This document shows positions 26,875 through 38,500 of a DNA stretch of 64,000 nucleotides, piece after piece. Each line of letters opens with the position of its first letter. The first letter of the stretch is position 1. The DNA is from Chiloscyllium plagiosum (Eukaryota), in the NCBI RefSeq assembly GCF_004010195.1, contig NC_057718.1, forward strand, positions 96,147,049 to 96,211,048, read 5' to 3'. Under the pieces are notes generated by a model, which worked only from the letters and a program-made list of their open reading frames with translations, ran no database searches and was not told where the DNA came from. The translations under genes and the position numbers were made by a program.

Positions 26875-27061
26875 AGCCGAGAGTGTGGTGCTGGAAAAGC
26901 ACAGCTGGTCAGGCCGCATCCAAAGAGCAGGAATTCCTGATGAAGGGCTTATGCCCGAAATGTCGATTCGCCTGCTCCTCGGATGCTGCCTGACCGGCTG
27001 TGCTTTTCCAGCACCACACTCTCAACTCTGATCTCCAGCATCTGCGCCCTCGCTTTCTCCT
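26875..27061. mobile_element. Penelope-like palindromic insertion with hammerhead
   Basis: Inverted arms; CTGATGA-a-GGGCttatGCCC-GAAA-tGTC at 26937-26964; TSD AGATTCCTCC(T/C)ACCAG at 26859-26874 and 27062-27077. Confidence 0.85.
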
Positions 27062-27984
27062 AGATTCCTCCCACCAGCCGAAGCACAAGATCAGCTGGGC
27101 ATTATGTGACTCCCCTGACTTGGTTGTTTCATTTCCACCTTTGCCAATATTACAAGGTGGCAGCAGGGTAGGCAAGTTCAAATTTGACAATTATTAATTG
27201 ATAGTGATAATTTGCCAGCAGTTCTTGGCAAGGCTGACCAAGCTCCATTAGAGCAGGAGTTTCGGCCTTTCACACACATTATTGAATCCCTGTTGTCCTT
27301 TCTCATTACCCGACTGCAAAACGTTACAAAGCCCTTATAGTTTTGTCTACATTTGTCTTACACTTGGCAGCTTCTTCCCTTAAACTTCTCATTTGAAGGA
27401 AAGAAAATAACAGATCATCTTGTTTCGCCAATTTCAGCATTTGGGGCACAGATGATGTCAGTCACAGGTGTACTGGCACACAGTGCGCTTGCTGGGCTCT
27501 GAAATGACTGTGTAATTACTTCTGGAGCTCATTAGGAGATTTTCAAAAGCAGGGAAAGAGTGAATGTGGTGGCACATTAAATTGTAATGAGGTTATTGGG
27601 TGGGGAATGGTCAGGTGTGCAGGGACTGGGCCAACACTTTGACATTTCTTCAATTGCAAAAGTCTTTCCAACAATTAAATTTTCATAAAAGGATAACATT
27701 TTCTCGGGTACAACAATTGTTCATTGTGCAAAAAATGTTTTGCAGAGTATCCCTGAGTTTTAACCTTTTTTGTCCAAACCGGACTTTTTTTCCTCTTCCA
27801 AATTATATTTCCTTCACACACTCTCTTTCCCCTCTGTTCTCTGCCAACATTTCTACTTTGGATGGGATTGAGTTATTCTGCTAATGTTCCATTGACAGAG
27901 TAAGAATTCCTTTCTTTCCTGAAACGGGACTCCTTTATGGACCAATTCAATTTGACTGTGATGATCCTTTCATTTCTTTGCTGG

Positions 27985-28600
27985 AAGATGGACACTGCAG
28001 ACCTCCATTATTTACTGCCCACTGCTGGTTGACTTGGAGAAACTGCCTTCCAGAACTGCCACAATTCTTGGGAGGGGGGTTCTAGATTCATCCAATGGGC
28101 CGTTAGGGAAGGAGTTCAGAATTTTGAAGGAATGGCGATATATTCCCAAGTTATGATGGAAAGTGGCTTGGAGGGAAGCTTGCAAAGGGTCAAGTTGCCA
28201 TACATCTACTGCTCAAATCTCCTTTTGCAGGTTTGGAAGATTCTGTCAAAGGAACTTTGAAGGATTGCTGAAGTGCCACTATGTAGCTGGTACACAATGC
28301 TACCAATGAATGCCAATGGTGTAGGGAGCGAAGGTAGTGTTTTATGCGCCTGCTTTGTCCTGGATGGTTTCAAGCTTCTTGAGTGTTGTTGGGGCTGCAC
28401 TCATCCAGCCAAGTGGGGAGTTTTCTATCACACTCGTGACTCCTGCCTTGTGGACCGACACTGGGGTGACCAGAAGTGAGTTCATCATCACTGCTCTTGC
28501 AGCTGGAGCATTTATATGCGGAACCAGTCCCGTTATCTGGTCATTGGTAATCTCCGGGCAGTGGGAAATTCAGTGCTCCCAGATATTTCCTGCAGTTCAG
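27985..28600 (-). mobile_element. Decayed LINE 3' end of a second non-LTR family
   Basis: gaaggaatggcgatatattcccaagttatgatggaaagtggcttggagggaagcttgca is homologous to ~13600-13800 (-) and ~11550-11765 (+); the terminal motif is shared with SINE family B. Confidence 0.6.
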
Positions 28601-29288
28601 CTTCTAAGGCAGGTTGCAACATTTCAATCCAAGATGTGAGAATGGACTTGCTACTTGAGAGCCAGGCTTGTTGTTAATTCTGCTGCGTCCATGCTGACTC
28701 TGCTCTGTTCATCCTCCTTTTCCCACCTTTCCTCACAACTGTACAAATTTGACTCCCTGCTGTCACGCGCTAATCCGATTCTGTTTTGAAAGCTGCAATC
28801 GAGTCTGTCTGTACTGCCCTTTCAAGAAGTACTTTCCAAATCCTAGCCATTAGCTTTACAAAACAAGCCTTCCCCGTGTCACTTTGGACTTTTTGGACAT
28901 CACCTGAAATCAATAATCCATGAACCTTCAATGACCCTTTGTGCACAAATGCACATCATCGGACAAAGGGAGGTGCAGACAAAAGACACAAACTCTTGCA
29001 TTTGTCTAGCACCAGACACCACAAGATGCTTTATATTGGAGTATCTATGACACATTGTCACATGTATCAACGTGTGCACAGCAAGTCTCTATAAACCGCA
29101 ACCTGACAAGGGATAGACTCCTCTTTGATTGAGGGCAAATCTTGGATGCAACAAGGCCAAAGTTCCCTTGTGTCTGCTTCAAAACAGGACTATGAGATCT
29201 CATATATCCAACCGATAATGCACATGAGGCCTCAGAGTGATGAGTTCTCACATCAGTATCCTGTACACAGCTGAGTGCTCTTGATTAG

Positions 29289-29835
29289 GGGAGAAAGTGA
29301 GGACTGCAGATGCTGGAGATCAGAGCTGGAAATGTGTTGCTGGAAAAGCGCAGCAGGTCAGGCAGCATCCAGGGAACAGGAGAATCGACGTTTCGGGCAT
29401 AAGCCCTTCTTCAGGAATGAGGAAAGTTTGTCTAGCAGGCTAAGATAAAAGGTAGGGAGGAGGGACTTGGGGGAGTGGCGTCGGAAATGTGATAGGTGGA
29501 AAGAGGTCAAGGTGAGGGTGATAGGTCAGACTGGGGTGGGGGCGGAGAGGTCAGGAAGAAGATTGCAGGTTAGGAAGGCGGTGCTGAATTCGATGGATTT
29601 GACTGAGACAAGGTGGGGGGAGGGGAAATGAGGAAATTGGTGAAATCCGAGTTCATCCCTTGTGGTTGGAGGGTTACACCACCCATGCCCTCCACCTGCT
29701 CCATGATTTTCGCTTCCCCGGTCCCCAACGCCTTATTTTCACCATGGACATCCAGTCCCTGTACACCTCCATCCCCCATCACGAAGGACTCAAAGCCCTC
29801 CGCTTCTTTCTTTCCCGCCGTACCGATTCCTGCTG
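29289..29835. mobile_element. Penelope-like element: inverted 3' end fused to a reverse transcriptase fragment
   Basis: 29289-29675 is the minus-strand terminus with an intact hammerhead core. 29676-29830 (+) encodes HALHLLHDFRFPGPQRLIFTMDIQSLYTSIPHHEGLKAL, a PLE RT motif. TSD CTTGATTAG at 29280-29288 and 29836-29844. Confidence 0.85.
29381..29420 (-). ncRNA. Minimal type I hammerhead ribozyme (Penelope-associated)
   Basis: Minus strand: attc-CTGAAGA-a-GGGC-ttat-GCCC-GAAA-C-GTC-gattc. It has the CUGANGA and GAAA boxes, a 4-bp helix II, a palindromic ACGT helix III and a GUC triplet; helix I is weak. Confidence 0.65.
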
Positions 29836-30759
29836 CTTGATTAGTCAAGAATATCAATGATGCAGANNNNNNNNNNNNNNNNNNNNNNNNNNNNNNNNNN
29901 NNNNNNNNNNNNNNNNNNNNNNNNNNNNNNNNNNNNNNNNNNNNNNNNNNNNNNNNNNNNNNNNNNNNNNNNNNNNNNNNNNNNNNNNNNNNNNNNNNNN
30001 NNNNNNNNNNNNNNNNNNNNNNNNNNNNNNNNNNNNNNNNNNNNNNNNNNNNNNNNNNNNNNNNNNNNNNNNNNNNNNNNNNNNNNNNNNNNNNNNNNNN
30101 NNNNNNNNNNNNNNNNNNNNNNNNNNNNNNNNNNNNNNNNNNNNNNNNNNNNNNNNNNNNNNNNNNNNNNNNNNNNNNNNNNNNNNNNNNNNNNNNNNNN
30201 NNNNNNNNNNNNNNNNNNNNNNNNNNNNNNNNNNNNNNNNNNNNNNNNNNNNNNNNNNNNNNNNNNNNNNNNNNNNNNNNNNNNNNNNNNNNNNNNNNNN
30301 NNNNNNNNNNNNNNNNNNNNNNNNNNNNNNNNNNNNNNNNNNNNNNNNNNNNNNNNNNNNNNNNNNTTTTAGAAACCCCCACCCTGGGGTTAAAGATCTT
30401 GTCGCTTCACACTATCCGTGTCCCTCAAGATTTTATAAACCTCTACAATGTCACCCTTCAGCCTCTGACACTACAGGGAAAACAGCTGACTGGTGATATA
30501 GAAACGACGTGTATGGCTGTGGGGAAAAGGCAGGAGTTTGGCACTGAGTTAAAATGTCCAGACTGCTGAATCATACATGATGGGCTGAATGGTCTCCGTC
30601 TGCACTGTGACACTTCTGTGACGCTGGGGATCTGATTTCCTTCTGCCCATTCGGTTTAGTGGGAAAGAAAATCTTAAGTGGAAGGCTGTGAAGAACCTCC
30701 AATGAGATCTTCCTTAGATAACCATGATTCGGAAGGGCCGGTGTTGGACTGGGGTGGAC

Positions 30760-30856
30760 AGTGTTAAAAATCACATAACACCAGGTTATAGTCCAGGTTT
30801 AGTGCTTCCAGATAAGCCTGCTGGACTGTAACCTGGTTCTGTGTGATTGTAAACTC
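30760..30856. repeat. Inverted repeat, probably a Penelope-type terminus of another family
   Basis: aatcacataacaccaggttatagtccag pairs with ctggactgtaacctggttctgtgtgatt. Confidence 0.55.
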
Positions 30857-31204
30857 CCTTAGATAATGTTCCGCTCATTACTTTCTGTGTGATGTAAGGA
30901 ATGACTGTAGAGAACTGCGTTTCATGGTTGGCTGTGTGCAGTGTGCTGAGCCTCAGAAACAGTGTATGAACAGCATACACTGGCTGGGACATGAAAGCAT
31001 CAAGACAAACAGTCACAGCATCTTACGCCCATTAGCACCCCGATACGCTTTCAGATTTGCATGCGGTATTTCTAATAATACACAGTGACCACATTTTAAA
31101 AGTTCTTCACTGGCTGTAGAAGTACTCAGGACCACGCTGCAGTCATTCAAGGTGCAACAAAATACTGTTCTGAAGAAGGGTCACTGCGCTCAACATGTTA
31201 ACTT

Positions 31205-31708
31205 AGAGTCATAGAGATGTACAGCTCGGAAACAGGCCCTTCAGTCCAACCCGTCCGTGCCGACCAGATAGCCCAACCCAATCTAGCCCCACCTGCCAGC
31301 ACCCGGCCCATATCCCTCCAAACCCTTCCTATTCATATACCCATCCAGATGCCTTTTAAATGTTGCAATTGCACCAGCCTCCACCACTTCCTCTGGCAGC
31401 TCATTCCACACACGCACCACCCTCTGTGTGAAAAGGTTGCCTCTTAGGTCTCTTTTATATCTTTCCCCTCTCACCCTAAATCAATGCCCTCTAGTTCTGC
31501 ACTCCCCCACCCCAGGGTAAAGACAGTGTCTATTTACCCTGTCCATGCCCCTCATGATTTTATATACCCCTACAAGGTTGCCCCTCAGCCTCAGACGCTC
31601 CAGGGAAAACAACCCCAGCCTGTTCAGCCTCTCCGTTTGTCTCAAATCTTCCAATCTTGGCAACATCCTTGTAAATCTTTTCTGAACCCTTTCAAGTTTC
31701 ACAACACC
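31205..31708 (-). mobile_element. Young CR1/HER1 3' fragment inserted into a Penelope-like terminus (31166-31800)
   Basis: Peptides KLERVQKRFTRMLP and FTQRVVRVWNELPEEVV. The flanks read ttctgaagaagggtcac...gttaact | ttctgtttgtctttccacagatgctgctagacctgctg. Confidence 0.88.
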
Positions 31709-31971
31709 CTTCTGTTTGTCTTTCCACAGATGCTGCTAGACCTGCTGTGTTTCTCCAGCGGTTTTGTTTCAGATCTTCAGCACCTGCAGCCCTTTGTTTT
31801 ATTATAGGACATAAATACTAGGGGGTTCAGTGCGTGTGGCATCAGTATACCAAAGGAGTGTTTTCATCGTTTAATATTTAACTATGTTGACTCATCCATG
31901 TTTTCGAATCCCTTGTGTCCTCACCCCTTGCCTATCTCTGTGTCATCTTCTTCAGCTCTGCAACCCTCCAA

Positions 31972-32064
31972 GATTAGAGTGGTGCTGGAAAAGCACAGCA
32001 GGTCAGGCAGCATCCGAGGAACAGGAAAATCACCATTTCGGGCAAAAGCCCTTCATCAGGAATG
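31972..32064 (-). mobile_element. Penelope-like terminus with hammerhead remnant
   Basis: ctggaaaagcacagcaggtcaggcagcatcc...tttcgggcaaaagcccttcatcagg. Confidence 0.8.
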
Positions 32065-32437
32065 ATATTTTACTCCTCAATTTAGCTTCTTGTATATTGT
32101 TAATCACAATTGCCCTACCATCGATTGCTGTGCCCTCAGATGTCTAGGCTCCAAGCTCAGCCATTCCCTCAGATATACCTCTCTCGCTCACTATTCTCTT
32201 TCAGAGTAGGCTGTCCACGGTTTGAACAATCAGGACACTTACATCAACGATTATTAATGCCAACCACATGACAATGAAACAGTAGCAGAATCAGAATGTT
32301 CCAATTTGCTTTATTCCTTCAGCTTGAGCCTTTCCAAAACTAACATTTGCAATTTCATTTGCCAAAACCTTTTTCTGGTGCAATTGTACGTAATCCTGAG
32401 ATGTCAGTGTTTTCAGTAGCTGCTATAATATACAGTG

Positions 32438-32628
32438 AGGGGACAGTTAGCTTGGACGTCTGACTTGTGATGCGAGCAGTGTGGGTTCAATTCCAGCCCT
32501 GGCTCTCCTTCTCAAATTCTCCCCTCACTTGAGGCATGGTAACTCTCAGGTTAAACCACCACCAGTCATCTCTCTCTCTCTCATTAAAGAGCAGCCCTCT
32601 GGTAGGATTATAGCAACTTCACCTTTAT
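32438..32628 (+). mobile_element. tRNA-derived SINE, family A
   Basis: B box GGGTTCAATTCC and core CAGGTTAAACCACCACCAGTC. Confidence 0.7.
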
Positions 32629-33549
32629 CATATAGAGTGTAACTAGAAGGACCCTTAAATTCATTTTGGCCATAATTGCAATCAACGTAGACCTGTGATC
32701 GGGAAAGTTGAATAGGTAATAGAGTGCATATCTGCAGCAGTTTCATGAGGTCAGTCACTCGTTGAGAGGTTATTACATAAAAGTCTCTGGAAGACTGCAG
32801 TTGCTCCCCATACATGTAGGAGCTGTTCTAAATACCATAAATACAGACAAAATGTGGAGTTCAATCTCAAACCCGAGACAGACCATTTCCACCAGTGGAT
32901 GGCAGCACTGAAACCTCAAAAATATTACATTTTTGGTGTACATTTGCAATGGAATCTACTTGTAATTAAAGTCAAGATATAATTAAAATGAAACATGCTA
33001 AGACACACATTGCTGCCTTATTAGCACTTTGTAGTCACAATTAATGGTTTTAGAAGATCAAACTGTTGGATAACAAAAGTTACCCCATTCACAAGTATAA
33101 GCATATCACGGAGGGTGTTCCTGATCTATCAATTGGGTTTGGCATTTTACAATATTCGTTTATGTAATCCTGATACTGTCATTAAAGTAATACTGACATG
33201 CATGGCAGAATGATTCTTCTATAAAGTTGTATCCATTAATAAAATGAAATGTAGATTCTACTTCAACACGATCTGTGGCTATAATGTTTATAAATAAATA
33301 AATTAGGACTTCCTTTATTGAAATTTAAAGTATACATGGTACCTTGACACTGACTTAAGATTTAGCACAAAGCACAATAACCCTTACAATCAGGTTCAAA
33401 ATCTTCCATAGTATTGAGAGAATGCTAGCCAAACCCCTGAAAGGCTTGACTCTGATATCACTGTGGCTCATCCATTTTAACCTCTCTGCATTCCTGACAC
33501 AGTCGATGTCCCCATTGTTCTCTCACAACGTCCAGTTTAACAATAAACG

Positions 33550-33912
33550 TTAAAGGATTGGACACTCTGGAGGCGGGAAACATGTTTCCGCTGATGGGTG
33601 AGTCCCGAACCAGAGGACACAGCTTAAAAATAGGGGGTAGGCCATTTAGGACAGAGAAGAGGAGAAACTTCTTCACCCAGAGAGTGGTGGGTTTGTGGAA
33701 TGCTCTGCCCCAGAAGGCAGTGGAGGCCCAGTCCCTGGATTCGTTTAAGAAAGAGTTGGATAGAGCTCTCAAGGATAGTGGAATCAAGGGTTATGGAGAT
33801 AAGGCAGGAACAGGATACTGAGTGAGGATGATCAGCCATGATCATAATGAATGGTGGTGCAAGCTCGAAGGGCAGAATGGCCTATTCCTGCACCTATTGT
33901 CTATTGTCTATT
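33550..33912 (+). mobile_element. Young CR1 LINE 3' end
   Basis: Open peptide SRTRGHSLKIGGRPFRTEKRRNFFTQRVVGLWNALP and a (CTATTGT)n tail. Confidence 0.9.
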
Positions 33913-34404
33913 GATACTGCTCTTACCTTATGTAAGACCCTCACAATCTCATCAATGGAGCTTCCCTTCATAAGCCTGCACTGTCTCCTCTGGAATCCAC
34001 TAAGGAGCTTTCCTGAGTCTTTCCCGTTTTTGACATTTGCCACACTGGCCACCACATTAGTGTTCACTGACACAGAGACAACATCCACCTGTCAAGTGAG
34101 GATACCCAGCTTTATCCATCTTCACTACATCTCTCAGCTCCTCCTGCCTCTGTGCTGATTCTCTGGCATCTCAGTCTATCGGACTTCCAATTCCCTTCAG
34201 CTAACCAATGGGAAAACAAAAACGAATGCTTTTCTCATCTGCTACAAGCTTGGTATCCTGTGCTGTCACACGCATAGTGGTCTCTATTCCACAACTGAAA
34301 GCTGATCCTGTGAAGCACCTTGGGGGCAAGATTCCCAAATGAATGCAAGCTGTTGTTGTTGCAAATGCCAAGAGACTTTAGCTTTCCTGTCATGGGTCCA
34401 AATG

Positions 34405-34797
34405 CAATGCTGGCATCTATTTAGTGAGGACTAGAATACAAAAGCAAGATGTACATCTGAGGCACTGTAACACTCTGGTCACACCACATTTAGAATATTG
34501 TGAGCAGTTTTGGGCCCCGTATCTCAGGAAGGATGTACTGGTCCTGGAGCAAGTCCAGAGGAAATTCACAAGAATGGTCTCAGGAATTAAATGCTTAACG
34601 ATGTGGAGAATGTTTGAGGACTCTGTTTCTGTACTTGATGGAGTTTAGAAGGATTTGGTTGGGGTGGTGGGGAGCACATCTAATTGAAACTTACAGAATA
34701 CAAAAAGGCCTGGGTAGAGTGGATGTTGAAAAGATATTTCCATTTGCAGGAAAGTTTAGTGCCTGAGGGCACAGCCTTAGTGTTAAAGGAAAACCAC
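34405..34797 (+). mobile_element. CR1 LINE fragment
   Basis: Peptide LVTPHLEYCEQFWAPYLRKDVLVLEQVQRKFTRM. Confidence 0.85.
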
Positions 34798-35589
34798 TGG
34801 TTCACAAAGTTGTGGGTTCATGTCCTGCTCTAGGAATATGGACAATTGGTCTTGGTTGGCACTCTGGTGGAATACTGAGGGACTGCGGCTACATGAGAGA
34901 TGCCAGCTTTTGGATGAGGTGTTGACAGACGTCCAGTCCATGAACAAAATCAGCAATTGAGATTGGGACAAGTGACACACAGTGGCAAGTCGGACGAGAA
35001 GGGAGGGTTAAGGGAAGGGTTGTACCTTTTGTGGGTCTGGCACGGAAGGACTAACAGGGCAACCTTCAGCCAATTGTCCACCCTCAATCACCACCCCAAT
35101 CTTCTCTTCTGTGTCAATGATGGTCCTGATGCCTTGGCCTGCAATTCTAATCGCATCCTGAAATTTTCAGCCCTTTCTGGTTGGTTTGCTCCATGCCAGG
35201 CCATCAATTTGACTATCTGCTGAGTAGGAGAAAGCAGCAACTTATTCAAGTGAGGGCCTCAATATTCCCAATCTCTGCTGGGCTTTCCTCTGGCTTCCTG
35301 GATTCTTTCTGTCTCCTCACGAACAAGAAGGTCAGTGCCTTTCAGGATAAATGTGCTGTTAATGTCTCTGTACCATGGGCTCTAACTTGTTGAGCTTTGT
35401 TCAACCGCCTTGCTTAGTGTCGCCAAACACAAGCCCTGAATGTGCCAATGCTGAGCTCAATCTTATAAAGGGTCAACACGCAAATATTTAATAGTCAGTA
35501 GTGATGTAGGAGATCACATGACTGTAGACACTGGAGAGAAATGATCCTGCCTTAAGCTTAAGAGTCTTAAATTGTGACCAAGATCTTCT

Positions 35590-38500
35590 TAGACCATAAG
35601 ATGTCAGAACAAAAGTAATCCACTGAGTCCACTCCACCACTCATTGAGACCATAACTGATCTGATAACCTTCAACCCAACTTTCCAGCCTTTTTTTCGTA
35701 ATCTTTGATTTCCTTACTGATTAAAAATCTCCCTGTCTCAGCTTAGAATTTCAACTCTCTGTCTAATAATTAGGAAAGTCTCCTTCCATGTTAATATATT
35801 ACTCCCAGCATCATGGGCTTTTATTTTATTCATTAGCCTATTGTGTGGTACCTTTTCCAATACCTCCTGTAAAGACCATAAGACATTGGAGAAGAAATTA
35901 AACTATTCGGCCCATCGGGTCTGCTCCACATTCAATCATGGCTGATACGTCTCTCAACTCCACTCTCCTACTTTCCCCTGTAACCGTTGACCCCGTTAAC
36001 AACCAAGAACCTATCCATCTCAGTCTAAAATATACTCAATGACCTGCCCTCCACAGCCTTCTGTGGCAATGAATTCCATAGATTCACCACTCTCTGGCTA
36101 AAAGAGTTTCTCCTTATCTCCATTCTAAAAGGTTTTCCTTTAACACTACGGCTGTGCCCTCAGGCACTAAACTTTCATAGAACATAGAACATAGAACATA
36201 GAAGAATACAGCACAGTACAGGCCCTTGGGCCCTCGATGTTGCGCCGTGGAAATATCTTTTCAACATCCACTCTACCCAGGCCTTTATTGTACTCTGTAA
36301 GTTTCAATTAGATATGCTCCCCCCCACCCCAACCAAATCCTTCTAAACTCCATCAAGTACAGAAACAGAGTCCTCAAACATTCTCCACATCGTTAAGCAT
36401 TTAATTCCTGAGACCATTCTTGTGAATTTCCTCTGGACTTGCTCCAGGACCAGTACATCCTTCCTGAGATACGGGGCCCAAAACTGCTCACAATATTCTA
36501 AATGTGGAGTGACCAGAGCGTTATAGTGCCTCAGAAGTACATCTTGCTTTTGTATTCTAGTCCTCTCTAAATAGATGCCAACATTGCATTTGCCTTCCCA
36601 ACTAGTGACTCAACCTACAAGTTAACCTTAAGAGAGTCTGTACTCGGATTCCCAAATCCCTTTGCACTTCAGATTTCTGATTTTTCTCCACAAATACAAA
36701 TTGCTTCTCCTTTATCTATTCTGCCTGTTATCTCTTCAAACAACACTAATACGTTTATCAGGTAGGTTTTCCCCTTCATGAGCCATGCCTACTCTACGTG
36801 TTGAGATTAATCATTTGGAAATGCTCCACAATGACATTCTTTAAAACAGACGGGTATGTTTTCTCAGTGAGAGATGTGAAGCTAACTGTCCTACAGTTAT
36901 CTCTCTTTTTGTCTTACTTCCTTTTTGAAGAACAGTGATTCATTGGCTCTGGGAAATTTTGGGACTCGTCCAGAATCTGAGGATTCTTAGAAGATTACTA
37001 CCAGTGTATCCATTATCCTTATCGCTTCATCCTTTAAAATCATAGAATGTAACTCACCAGATCCAGGGTTTGATCAGCCTTTAGCCTCATTTGTTTTGTC
37101 AGCACTTTTTCTCTAGTGATAATTTTGATAGTGATGGTTACGTTGCTTATTTCACCTCACCCTTCCCAGTCACCCTTTAGTCCCTTGATTATTTAGTATT
37201 GTTTGGAATACTGACAGTGTCTTCTACTGTGAAGACTGATGCTAAACATTTATTCAACTCCTCTGCCTCTTTATGGCTCTTGCTATTATTGCCACAGTCT
37301 CATCCTCTAAGGGGCTTGGTTCACTTTGGCCTCTCCCTTTCTTCCATATATTTGAAGACTGTTTTACTATTCATTTTCATATTAGCTGCAATTTTACTCT
37401 CATAGTTTATTTTCTGCCTCTTTTGTTTTGGTCAGCTTCTATCAGCTTTTAAATCTTCTCCAAACTTTTGGTTTACCACTAATCTTTGCCACATTGTACA
37501 TTTTTCTTCCTTTCAGTTTGACACCATCCTTCAGTTCCTTGGTTAACCATGGCCAGTTTATCCCCTTCCTCACTATGATATATTTAAGCTATGAGTCATG
37601 AACAATTCTCTTAAACATCTGTCATTGTTCCTCAACTGTTTTTTTCTGTTAAACTTTTTCTCTAGTCCACTCTAGCCAACCCTGCCTCCTCCTTATGTAA
37701 TTATCCTTATTTAAATTTAGCACATTTGTTTCTGACCCAAGTTTCTCACCCTCATGCTAAATTCTACCACGTTACGATCACTCTTCCTAAGGCAATATTT
37801 TTCTCTGAGGTCATTCATTAAACAGGCCTCATTACATGTTACCAGGTCTAAAATAGCCTGATCCCTTGTTAGATCCACAACATTTTTTGAATGATAACAC
37901 AATTACAACGTTTCAAAGGCATTTGGATAAGCACATAAATAGGCAATGTTTTGAGGTCTATGGGCCAAGTGCAGGCAGATGGGATTATCTTATTTGGGAT
38001 TATGCTCAGCATGAACTGGTAGGACCAAATGTCCATGCTGTATGACTCCATGACTCTACGCTGTTCTAGAAAGCTATCCTGAATGCACTCTGAATTTCTC
38101 CTACCAACTTGATTTTCCAAATCTACATGTAAATTAAAGTCAGCTATGCCTTTGCCATTTTTACACACCCTGTTATCTCTGGAATTATTCTTTATCCTAT
38201 AGGACAGCTACTATTAAGGAGCCTACAGACTACTTCCTTAAATGCCTTTTTCTTCCTATTATTTCTTTCATCTACACATATGGATTCTATTGAATCCGAT
38301 CCATCTCACACTAATAATGGTAACCCATCTTCCTTCCATTCTGCCAGTCCTCTCAGAAAGTCACATGTCTCTGAATATTTAGTTTCCATAAGACCATAAG
38401 ACATAGGAGCAGAAATTAGACCATTTGGCCCATCAAGTCTGCTCTGTCATTCAATCATGGTGGATACATTTTTTCAACCCCATTCTCCTACCTTTTTCCC

